Source: Candidatus Hydrogenedentota bacterium (lineage in GTDB: Bacteria > Hydrogenedentota > Hydrogenedentia > Hydrogenedentales > JAEUWI01). Taken from it: a DNA stretch of 64,000 bases. Location of the stretch: positions 1 through 64,000 of the forward strand of contig JAXMOL010000003.1 in NCBI GenBank assembly GCA_034669905.1, read 5' to 3'. Position numbers and translations under genes: made by a program. Below the pieces are notes generated by a model. It was not told where the DNA came from and searched no databases. It saw only the letters and a list, made by a program, of their open reading frames with translations. Shown piece by piece: positions 36,802 to 45,511 of this stretch; the stretch's first letter is position 1; every line of letters starts with the position of its first letter.

Positions 36802-39800
36802 TTAGAAGGTGCCGTAGTGGACCTCGATGGCGTTCATGATTTGGGAGGCCGCACCAACAACAGGCGTGATTTCCCGTTGACTCACATCGCGGAGTTTGTA
36901 AATGGCCGACTCATCCAGGGGGTTCGCCATGGCCACGACCAGCCGATCTGCCGTGATGCGCAGGGGGACACACACGTGCCACGTGCAGATGTCCCCGTTA
37001 AGCGCGGCGACCGCCTTGGGCTGGATGTGCACTTCCATGGGGTTGACCACCGACTTTCCCAATTGACAGGCGACGGCCTGCGCAATGGCGTCATCGGTGG
37101 TCATGTCCTGTTCAATGAGAATGGTGCCGAGCAACTGACTGGGGTCCTTCGCCTGAATTTCCAGGGCGGCTTTCAATTGATCCCGAGAAATCACCTGGGC
37201 ATCGGCGAGGATGTCGCCCAGACTGCGGTTGCCGTCATACTGGGTGAGTTCGGAAAGCAGGATTTCCTGCTGCCGGGCCCGCTGCTCGCGCGACATGGCT
37301 GCTTCGTCCGCACTCAGCCCGGCTCCCGCTTCGCCCACGTAAATGCGCCCTTTTTCCTCTTTGGTCTTTTCCAGGGCGTCGCGCAATTCATCCCGCTCCG
37401 TGACGATTTGGCTGACCTCGGCCATGGTGGCCTGAATGGCGGCCTCCTGCTCGGCCGTGCGCACGTGGAGGGCTTCCTTTTCCTCCAACACTTCCGTCAG
37501 CCGGGCTTTCAGTTGGGCGACCCGCTGTTCCCGTTCCTGGAGCTTTTCCTGGTGGGCCGATACCTGGGCCCGCGTTTCTTCCAGCGCCTGGGATTCAGCG
37601 GCTTCCTTGTCCTGCAGGGTATGGACCTGTGATTGGAGTTCCTCAACGGTGGCCAGCGTGGAAATCTCCTCCTGCTGGGCCTCTTTCAGCAGGGCTTCCA
37701 ATTCATCGCCCCGCTGGGCCAATTGATTGGCGGTTTCCTGCTGTTGCAAGTGTTCGGTGCGCATCTGCTCCAGCAGCAGCCGGCTCTGTTCCAGTTCGTC
37801 CACGTGTTGGGCGTCGGAAGCCTCGATGGCATCCAACGCTTCCTTGAGTTGGTCTGCCTGCCGTTTGGCTTCCCGCTCTTCTTCCGAGAGGGTGGCCATT
37901 TGGGCCGTCATGTCGGATACGCTGTGGCGAAAGGTTTCGATTTGCGCGTCCCGTTCCTGCAGGGCCTGTTGCTGGGATTCCAGGGTTGTCAGGGCTTCCG
38001 TTAGGTTCGCTTCCTGGGTGGCGCTCTTTTCAGAAATTTCCGCCAGGGTCGCGGTAAGCTGATCCCGCTCTACCGCGAGCGCCTGCTTCGCTTCGGTCAG
38101 TGCTTCGAATTGCTGCTCCAGGCCCTGATAGCGCACTTCCCACGCCGCAATCGCACGGTCCTTCTCCCCCAAGGCATCCCGCGTTTCCGCGCGTTCCTCC
38201 TGGAGGTGCGCTATTTCTGCTTCCAGCTCTTCCAACGCCTGCTGCCGCTCGGCAAGCAAATCTTCCTGCTCCGACAGTGTAACCACGTGGGCATCCGATT
38301 CGCTCAACGCGTGGGCGAGCTCGGCTTGCAGGTCGGCGACCGTGGCCTCCGCCGCCGCAATGCGGTCTTTCGCTTCGGCAGTCTCGGCGCGGACCTCGTC
38401 TACGGATTGGCTGCGCTCCCGTTCCGCCGCTTGCGCAGTTTCCAGTTCCCCGGCGAGGGTGTCGTAGCGCTGCGTCAAGGCTTCGTGAGTCTCTTGCAAC
38501 GCCTCAAGGCTGGCTTGAGACGCGGCCAACTGTTTGTCCAGGTCGTCGATCCAGTTTTCCGCGGTCTCCTGGGATTCCCGAAACTCCTGCTCTGCGGAGG
38601 CCTTTTCCGCCTTCAGGGAGTCCAGCGCGGCCCGGGCTTCTTCCAGTGTTAACGTAGCAGTCTGAGCCGCGGTTTCGCGGTCTGCCAGCTGGGTCTGAAG
38701 ATCGGCTACCCGTTCCCGGAGCGCGGTGGTCTCCGCCTGCAGACTATCCCACGCTTCGGTATGCTGTCGCTGCGTCTCCGTTTGTTCTTCCAGCGCGGCC
38801 CGAAGCATCTCCGCTTCTTCCCGGGCCTCGGCCAGGGCCGCCCGGTGCTCCCGCTCCAGGGTTTGCAGTTGGCTGTTCTTATCATCCAACGCGACACGTA
38901 AGTCTTCTATCTCGCCACGGGCCATGGAAAGGGACGTTTCCTGGGCGGCTTCAAAGCTGCGGTGGGTTTCCAGTTCCTGTAGCAGGGTCCGTGCGGAAGC
39001 GAGGCTCTCTTCTTCCCGCCGCTGCAGGTGCGCCAACTCTTCCTCGAGTGCCGCCATAGCCCCCTCAAGTCCCTGGTGGGCGTCCAATGCCATGGCCGGT
39101 GTCGGCGCCGGGGCTTCGGACTCGGTAGTCGACTGTCGGGCGCTCAACTCAGCGGTCTTCGCCAGCGCGTCGTCGCGTTCCTGCTCGAGTCTTGCGACGG
39201 TTTCCCGTGCTTCCGCGAGCGCTTCGGAGTCGGAGTCTGGCCCATCGCTTGCTGGGTGGGCTTCTTTTTCGGCCGCTTCCGCTTGCAGGCGGTCGATAGT
39301 TTCCCGGGCCTCGGTGAGCGCAGATTCCAGGGTGGCCTGGGATTCGCGCAGGGCCGTAAGTTCATCCAGAGATTTTTCCGCGTTTTCTTTTGCTTCGGTC
39401 AGCTCCTGTACCTGGGCGCGGAGTACGTCCAGTTCCTCCATCTTCGCCAACGCGTCGTCGCGTTCCTGCTCGAGTCTTGCGACGGTTTCCCGTGCTTCCG
39501 CGAGCGCTTCGGAGTCGGCGGCGGAGTCGGTGTCTGGCCCATCGCTTGCTGGGCGGGCTTCTTTTTCGGCCGCTTCCGCTTGCAGGCGGTCGATAGTTTC
39601 CCGGGCCTCGGTGAGCGCAGATTCCAGGGTGGCCTGGGATTCGCGCAGGGCCGTCAGTTCATCCAGGGATTTTTCCGCGTTTTCTTTTGCTTCGGTCAGC
39701 TCCTGTAGCTGGGCGCGGAGTACGTCCAGTTCCTCCATCTTCGCCAACGCGTCGTCGCGTTCCTGCTCGAGTATTGCGACAGTTTCCCGTGCTTCCGCGA

Positions 39801-40791
39801 GCGCTTTGGCCTCGGCGGCGGAGTCGGTGTCTGGCCCATCGCCTGTTGGGCGGGCTTCTTTTTCGGCCGCTTCCGCTTGCAGGCGGTCGATAGTTTCCCG
39901 GGCCTCGGAGAGCGCAGATTCCAGGGTGGCCTGTTGCTCGGTTAATGCCGCCACCTCCGATAGCAGGGCCTCCCGATCCGCGTCTGTCGAAGCGTCGGAA
40001 TTCGCCGCGTGGGGGGATGGCGGGGTGGCGCGAAGGGCTTCCAGTTCGAGGGTTAGCGTCTCGATTTCCTCATTCAGGCCCGCCTCAATGCGTTGGCTGT
40101 CCTGAAGCAATTCCTGGCATTCGTCGACGAAGGTGTCACGCTCCGCCAGGGCCTCGCGGAGCGCTTCTACCTCTTGTCGCTGGCGCAGATCCCGTTGGGC
40201 CTCCGAGTTTAAATTTGCTTCCGCAAAAGAGGCCTGATCGCGGCGAAGGGTTTCCAGCTCGATATTCAGTGTCTGAACTTCGGCGCTCAATACGTCGCGC
40301 TCGTGTTGGACCTGGGCGAGGGCTTCGTTGCTTCCGCGGGACGGCCCTCCGTCTGCGTCTGCGAGCAGTTCTATGAGGCGACCCAGCTGGGCGTTGGCGG
40401 TCGTGAACTGGGCGGCCAATTCCTTCTGCGTCGTGGCGACTTCATTCGTCCAGCCCTGAACGGCACCATTCAGACGGTCGACGGTCGTATCCAATTCCTG
40501 GCGGACACGCTCCAGGGGAGGAGCCGTCTGGGGGGTGTAATGGGTTACGGTGCCGGGGGGGACGGCCGCGTTCTCGAGGGCCTGTTTGAGGTGGACAATT
40601 TCGGCATCGGCTTTCGCCAATTCGGCGACGTGGCCGTTCCGCTCGTGGAGGACGGTGAGCAGACGTTCCAGCTGGCTGTTGGCCCCGGCGATTTGCTGGG
40701 ACACGTGTTGTTGTACGGTGCCCACTTCCGTCGTCCAGCCAGAGATGGCGGCATGCAACTTTGCCAGCAATTCGTTATTCGCTGTTCCCAT
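36802..40791 (-). CDS. Giant coiled-coil protein with C-terminal MshEN/T2SSE_N-like domain, no ATPase
   Basis: E/A/L/Q-rich heptads over ~1150 aa; RSLGDILADAQVISRDQLKAALEIQ...LLGTILIEQ...LVVAMANPLD. Confidence 0.85.
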   Translation of the reverse strand: MGTANNELLAKLHAAISGWTTEVGTVQQHVSQQIAGANSQLERLLTVLHERNGHVAELAKADAEIVHLKQALENAAVPPGTVTHYTPQTAPPLERVRQELDTTVDRLNGAVQGWTNEVATTQKELAAQFTTANAQLGRLIELLADADGGPSRGSNEALAQVQHERDVLSAEVQTLNIELETLRRDQASFAEANLNSEAQRDLRQRQEVEALREALAERDTFVDECQELLQDSQRIEAGLNEEIETLTLELEALRATPPSPHAANSDASTDADREALLSEVAALTEQQATLESALSEARETIDRLQAEAAEKEARPTGDGPDTDSAAEAKALAEARETVAILEQERDDALAKMEELDVLRAQLQELTEAKENAEKSLDELTALRESQATLESALTEARETIDRLQAEAAEKEARPASDGPDTDSAADSEALAEARETVARLEQERDDALAKMEELDVLRAQVQELTEAKENAEKSLDELTALRESQATLESALTEARETIDRLQAEAAEKEAHPASDGPDSDSEALAEARETVARLEQERDDALAKTAELSARQSTTESEAPAPTPAMALDAHQGLEGAMAALEEELAHLQRREEESLASARTLLQELETHRSFEAAQETSLSMARGEIEDLRVALDDKNSQLQTLEREHRAALAEAREEAEMLRAALEEQTETQRQHTEAWDSLQAETTALRERVADLQTQLADRETAAQTATLTLEEARAALDSLKAEKASAEQEFRESQETAENWIDDLDKQLAASQASLEALQETHEALTQRYDTLAGELETAQAAERERSQSVDEVRAETAEAKDRIAAAEATVADLQAELAHALSESDAHVVTLSEQEDLLAERQQALEELEAEIAHLQEERAETRDALGEKDRAIAAWEVRYQGLEQQFEALTEAKQALAVERDQLTATLAEISEKSATQEANLTEALTTLESQQQALQERDAQIETFRHSVSDMTAQMATLSEEEREAKRQADQLKEALDAIEASDAQHVDELEQSRLLLEQMRTEHLQQQETANQLAQRGDELEALLKEAQQEEISTLATVEELQSQVHTLQDKEAAESQALEETRAQVSAHQEKLQEREQRVAQLKARLTEVLEEKEALHVRTAEQEAAIQATMAEVSQIVTERDELRDALEKTKEEKGRIYVGEAGAGLSADEAAMSREQRARQQEILLSELTQYDGNRSLGDILADAQVISRDQLKAALEIQAKDPSQLLGTILIEQDMTTDDAIAQAVACQLGKSVVNPMEVHIQPKAVAALNGDICTWHVCVPLRITADRLVVAMANPLDESAIYKLRDVSQREITPVVGAASQIMNAIEVHYGTF
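39161..39933. repeat. Intragenic tandem repeat, unit 297 bp (99 aa), about 2.6 copies
   Basis: GCCA(G/A)CGCGTCGTCGCGTTCCTGCTCGAGT recurs at 39161, 39446 and 39743 (spacing 285 and 297). Confidence 0.93.
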
Positions 40792-40928
40792 GAATCGTCC
40801 TGCCAGTCGGAGTCCAAACGTTTCCAGCTTGGATTATAGGACTCTATGCGGAGGGGGTCAATTTTACCGGGACAATTATTCTTGTGGTCTCGGCGAAGGA
40901 GAGCTACTCCGACGTGCGTGATGGGGTT

Positions 40929-41660
40929 TTAGTTCGGGGGTTCTTCGCGCTCCGACTGTACGCGATAGAAGACCTGTCGTTTGCGGAGCCAGGCCACCCC
41001 CACGAGATCGTAGAGTCCACGCCATAGCCGATTGTTGATGCCATACTTGGAAACGCCGGCATGCCGCGGGTGATGGGTCACGGGGCATTCAACGATATCA
41101 AAGCCCTGGGCGCGGAGAAATACTGCCAGGAATCGGTGGAGGCCGTTGAAGGCCACCAAATCGCGGACGCAGTCCCGTCGAAATCCCTTGATGCCGCATC
41201 CCGAATCGCGAATGCCGTCGTGGAGCATGGCGTCGCGCACCGTGTTGGCCACGCGGCTGGACAGGAGGCGGATCCAATGGTCATTGCGGTTGGCGCGATA
41301 GCCACACACGCAGTCGTGTTCTTCGAGTAGCTCCAGGAAGCGGGGGAAATCGGTGGGGTCATTCTGCAGATCGCCGTCGAGGGTCAGGATAACATCGCCC
41401 CGGGCCCGGCGCATGCCCGCCACGAGTGCGGCGGACTGACCAAAATTGCCATCCATATGGATCGGGCGTATGGCCGGATTGCGTGCGGCAGCCGCGTCGA
41501 GACGGGCGGCGGTGGCGTCGGTACTTCCGTCGTTGACCAGCAGACATTCGTAGTCATAGTCGGGCAGGGCGGCAAATACCCCTTCGATTTTCTCGATCAG
41601 GGGGTCGATATTGTCCTCTTCATTGTAAAAAGGGACGACGACGCTGGCGATTTTGGGCAT
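40929..41660 (-). CDS. Glycosyltransferase family 2 (ArnC/Dpm1-like)
   Basis: SVVVPFYNEE, VNDGSTD, NFGQSAA, TLDGDLQNDP, DSGCG, HHPRHAGVSKY. Confidence 0.93.
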   Translation of the reverse strand: MPKIASVVVPFYNEEDNIDPLIEKIEGVFAALPDYDYECLLVNDGSTDATAARLDAAAARNPAIRPIHMDGNFGQSAALVAGMRRARGDVILTLDGDLQNDPTDFPRFLELLEEHDCVCGYRANRNDHWIRLLSSRVANTVRDAMLHDGIRDSGCGIKGFRRDCVRDLVAFNGLHRFLAVFLRAQGFDIVECPVTHHPRHAGVSKYGINNRLWRGLYDLVGVAWLRKRQVFYRVQSEREEPPN

Positions 41661-41833
41661 AAAACAGGTATCCATCCATTGCGGTCACCTATCATCCCCG
41701 GGGTGGCAAGCTTCGGGTATCGCACAACGGCACGGGCTCGGAGCGACGTGCCCCGTGGAGCCCTGGGGGGGGACGATATGGGACCCATAGTATACCCGAA
41801 ACGGGGCCATCATCGCAGCGGAAGGGGTGTTTT

Positions 41834-44320
41834 TTAGCGCGCGGTGTCGTCCACCGCTTCGGCGATAACCGTGTCGTAGGCTTTCCGGGCGTGATCGTAG
41901 GCGGCCTGGGCGGCGGGTAATTCCTCTTTGCGGATTTGCGTGGATTTCATCTCCCAGCATCGATCCACTGCCGCCCGGCACCATTGGGCACTCCGCTTGG
42001 AGGCCCGAATCGGCTTGTCACCCACCAGCACGTAGATGGGGTTGGTATGGGCCGTCGCGATAATGCGTAAGGCCACCCAACTGGAATGGGGAATGGGATA
42101 GTCAAAGACCACCTCCTGTTCCATTCCGTCTGCCACGATTTCCTGCTGGGCCACCGGATAGCCGTTGACAATCAGTTCGACCGCCACACTGCGGCTATTC
42201 GGGAGCCGGGCTTTTTCCACGTGCCAGTAGGGGCGGCCCATGAATCCGCCGTCGGCAATCTGCGCGCCGGCGTCATCCTGAATTTCCGGCAGGTAGGCGG
42301 CCACATCGGCCCGAACCCGTACCGTGGCGGGCGCCGGGAGATGACGCTCACTCTTATTTTCTCCGAGGAGGACGTCGTCTACCGTAAAGTTATAGATATG
42401 GGAGCGGCCATCCGAGACATAGTTCGCCCCTTCTTTAATGCGTTCCACAAAGCCGTCGAAATCAAGCTGGTCGCCCATCTGGGTATAGCTTCGGGCCATG
42501 CCGATACGGTCATCAAAGATGCAGGGGAAATCGGTTTCCCCGCTGATGGCCGTGCGGAATCCGCTGTTCAGCACGTGGTACCAGATATTCAGTTCCATGT
42601 GGAGGGGCGTGTCGCCTGCCGAAATAAAGTCGGCCGCACCATGGGTCGCCGCGACGATGTATTCGTTGGCCCCGATACCATCAAACTTGGCCATAACGTA
42701 ATTGGGCAGCTCGGTGGTGGGGCTTTCTGGCTCGAGTCCCCAGCCACTGTGCGAATAGCCCACGACGGCGCCCTGTTGTTGCCCCCATTGGAGGACGGGA
42801 AGGGTCCAGCTGGGCCATTCCTCGATAATCGTTGTGCCGGGGTAATCGTCTTCCTTGAGCCGTAAGAGGCAGAGGTGGCCGGCGTGGCTGGAGGGGAAGC
42901 CCGATACTTCCACGTCGTAGCGCATGAGATTCTCTTCGGTGGAAAGGGCATGCACCTTGCCTTCGAAAAAGGTTTTCTGGTGATACCAGCACGGTCCCCA
43001 CGAAAGGACGCAGGAGACGTTCAGGTCTTCGCCCTGGGCCTGGCGGAGCATGGCTTCCGGCCGCACCCCTGCTTCGGGGCTTTCATAGTGACTGCAGCCA
43101 CCGCCATGGACGTGGTGATCCGCGCTGTACCAGCCCTTGGCCTTCATGTGGATCCAGCGCTTGAGTTGGAAGGCTTCGGTGTGGGTTTTGGCGCCTTCGG
43201 GTACGGTAATGGTCCGAGACTGGGGGAGGTACTCCGGGCCACGGGTCCACGTGACGTCGTAGGTGCCAGGGGGGAGCATGACATGTTCGCCATCGGCCCG
43301 ATAGACCTGGGGTTGAAAGAAAAAATCGGGGTAGGTGTCGTCGGTGGCGATGCGGCGGCTCGGCAAGGGATAGACGCCGACCAGGGGCTGACCCGTAAGG
43401 CCGGGGCGGGACCAGGGTTCCTGGAGAGCCTTGTTGTTTCGGTAGTCATCCGGCAGGCGGGGCTTGTCGCTGGTGTCGACCAGGCGCTCAATATTATCCC
43501 GAATGATGAAAGAGGCCATGGCCGGTCCCCCGTCATGGTCCTTCACCCGGAGCTTCACTTTGACCGAGGGCTGGCAATCGAAGAGGACGGTAACGGCGTT
43601 ACGATAGCCGATGTCCTGCGAGCCCTGTCCCACATGAAAGCCGAGTTTGGCTTCCCGGGGTCCCACCTGGTTGGTGTAGACCTGCAAGACCTTGTACTCC
43701 ACCGGAAGCCCCGAGAGGTCGGTGGTGAGGGGACGGTTTTCGTAGAGGCTGAGTTCCAGAAAGCGGTTGGCCACTTGTCCAGGGGAAAGGAGGTTCTTTG
43801 GCTTGGGGTGGGGAGCGCTGCTCGAACGGTGGAGGACTGGCTCCGCGTTGGGGGATTCCCATGCCAGGGGGGCGCGGGTGCCGGATTCGTTGTGGACCTT
43901 GACGAGGAAGCTTTTCCAGCCGCCCTGCTGTAACTGGGCCGCGGCGGGTCCCCGAAGGACCTTGACCCGCGCTTCGGGATTGATATTGATTCCGGCGAGA
44001 CAATAGGGGTCCAGCAGGGCCTGGATCTCCTCGGCCAGCTCAGGGGTGTGGGGCTGGTCTGCCAATGCCTTCAGCCGTGCGGCATCTGCGGGTGCCAGGC
44101 CACTGCCGAGATATTGCAGGGCTTCTGCCAACCGGAGACTGGAGGCCATCAGGGGTTGGACCGGGGCGCCTTGGATAATATCGAGGTCGGCGGGCGTCTC
44201 GCCGACGTGGGGGCCTGGGCGGGTGGAGATACACCCCGGAAGACACAGGGCCACCACGAAGCTGAGGCGGGCAAGGGATTTCCACCGATGCGGCAGGGGT
44301 GAGACACAGATCGGGTTCAT
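41834..44320 (-). CDS. CehA/McbA family (PHP-like) metallohydrolase, probable lipoprotein
   Basis: LPGC lipobox; GWYSADHHVH, EVSGFPSSHAGH, GYSHSGWG, SGETDFPC, AHTNP. Confidence 0.8.
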   Translation of the reverse strand: MNPICVSPLPHRWKSLARLSFVVALCLPGCISTRPGPHVGETPADLDIIQGAPVQPLMASSLRLAEALQYLGSGLAPADAARLKALADQPHTPELAEEIQALLDPYCLAGININPEARVKVLRGPAAAQLQQGGWKSFLVKVHNESGTRAPLAWESPNAEPVLHRSSSAPHPKPKNLLSPGQVANRFLELSLYENRPLTTDLSGLPVEYKVLQVYTNQVGPREAKLGFHVGQGSQDIGYRNAVTVLFDCQPSVKVKLRVKDHDGGPAMASFIIRDNIERLVDTSDKPRLPDDYRNNKALQEPWSRPGLTGQPLVGVYPLPSRRIATDDTYPDFFFQPQVYRADGEHVMLPPGTYDVTWTRGPEYLPQSRTITVPEGAKTHTEAFQLKRWIHMKAKGWYSADHHVHGGGCSHYESPEAGVRPEAMLRQAQGEDLNVSCVLSWGPCWYHQKTFFEGKVHALSTEENLMRYDVEVSGFPSSHAGHLCLLRLKEDDYPGTTIIEEWPSWTLPVLQWGQQQGAVVGYSHSGWGLEPESPTTELPNYVMAKFDGIGANEYIVAATHGAADFISAGDTPLHMELNIWYHVLNSGFRTAISGETDFPCIFDDRIGMARSYTQMGDQLDFDGFVERIKEGANYVSDGRSHIYNFTVDDVLLGENKSERHLPAPATVRVRADVAAYLPEIQDDAGAQIADGGFMGRPYWHVEKARLPNSRSVAVELIVNGYPVAQQEIVADGMEQEVVFDYPIPHSSWVALRIIATAHTNPIYVLVGDKPIRASKRSAQWCRAAVDRCWEMKSTQIRKEELPAAQAAYDHARKAYDTVIAEAVDDTAR

Positions 44321-44439
44321 CTCGGGCTCCTCCAAGTGTGTCGCGCGCCGACCATACCAACCACGGGGCCCGGCGGGCGACAGGATGAATCCCTGTTATA
44401 GTAGTTTGCACCCGCGCTCCATGCAAATCGCCTTCGGTC

Positions 44440-45504
44440 CTAGTGTTGGAGGCTGCTTCGCACCTGGTCAATGGCTTGGGCGATGGTCATGAAGGCGCCG
44501 ACGACCGCCGGATCAAAATGACTTCCACTGTCCTTCTCCAGGATGCTGCAGGCTTTCTCGTGGGAGAAGGCCTCTTTGTAGCAGCGCTTGCTCGTCAGGG
44601 CATCGTAGACATCCGACACGGCCATGATACGTGCGCAGAGGGGAATGGTATCGCCGGAGAGGCCCTCGGGATAGCCGGCCCCGTTCCACCGCTCGTGGTG
44701 GAAGCGGGCGATCTCGTGACCCATATTCAGAAAAAAGTTGTGGGGGTACTGGCGGGCGACGGCGGAAAGGGTGTCGGCACCGTGGGCCGCGTGGCTTTGC
44801 ATAAGGGCAAACTCTGCTTCCGTGAGTCGTCCCGGCTTTTTCAGGACCGCGTCGGGTATGGCTACCTTTCCGATGTCGTGCAGCGGGCTGGCCCAATAAA
44901 TCGTCTCGATATAGTCTGCATCGATGGTATCCCGAAACGCGGGCGTGGTCGACAGCTCGGTGGCCAGCATTTTGCAATAGGTCTGCGTGCGCTCCAGGTG
45001 CTTTCCCGTGTCGTCATCCCGGGATTCGGCCAGTTTGGATAGGGCGAGGATGGCCGCGCGGTGGGCATCGTTAATCTCTTCAACTTGCTGGTCGACCTGG
45101 CCCTGCAGGTCGTCCCGGTGCCGCTTCAATTCGAGGTGGTTCTTGATGCGCATCTTCACGATTGCCGGGCGGAAGGGCTTGGTGACATAGTCCACCGCAC
45201 CCAGATCGAGGCCCCGGGCTTCGTCCTGTTCATCGGAGCGGGCGGTAATAAATACGATGGGGATGTTACGGGTCCGGGTACGTTCCCGAAGGCGACGGCA
45301 TACTTCGTAGCCATCGATGCCCGGCATGACGATGTCGAGGAGGATGATGTCGGGGGCCGGGGTACCCGCAGCCAACGACAGGGCCCGCTCGCCGCTGGTG
45401 GCCGCGATGACGGCGTAGTCGTCTTTCAATACGGCCATCAGAATTTGAATGTTTTCCGGGGTGTCGTCAACGATGAGAATACGTGGTTTCGCGGTAACAG
45501 ACAT
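44440..45504 (-). CDS. Response regulator with HD-GYP phosphodiesterase domain (RpfG family)
   Basis: ILIVDD, LLDIVMP, KPF; LHDIGK, HHERWNGAGYPEGL, DVYDAL. Confidence 0.95.
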   Translation of the reverse strand: MSVTAKPRILIVDDTPENIQILMAVLKDDYAVIAATSGERALSLAAGTPAPDIILLDIVMPGIDGYEVCRRLRERTRTRNIPIVFITARSDEQDEARGLDLGAVDYVTKPFRPAIVKMRIKNHLELKRHRDDLQGQVDQQVEEINDAHRAAILALSKLAESRDDDTGKHLERTQTYCKMLATELSTTPAFRDTIDADYIETIYWASPLHDIGKVAIPDAVLKKPGRLTEAEFALMQSHAAHGADTLSAVARQYPHNFFLNMGHEIARFHHERWNGAGYPEGLSGDTIPLCARIMAVSDVYDALTSKRCYKEAFSHEKACSILEKDSGSHFDPAVVGAFMTIAQAIDQVRSSLQH

Positions 45505-45511
45505 GAATTCC

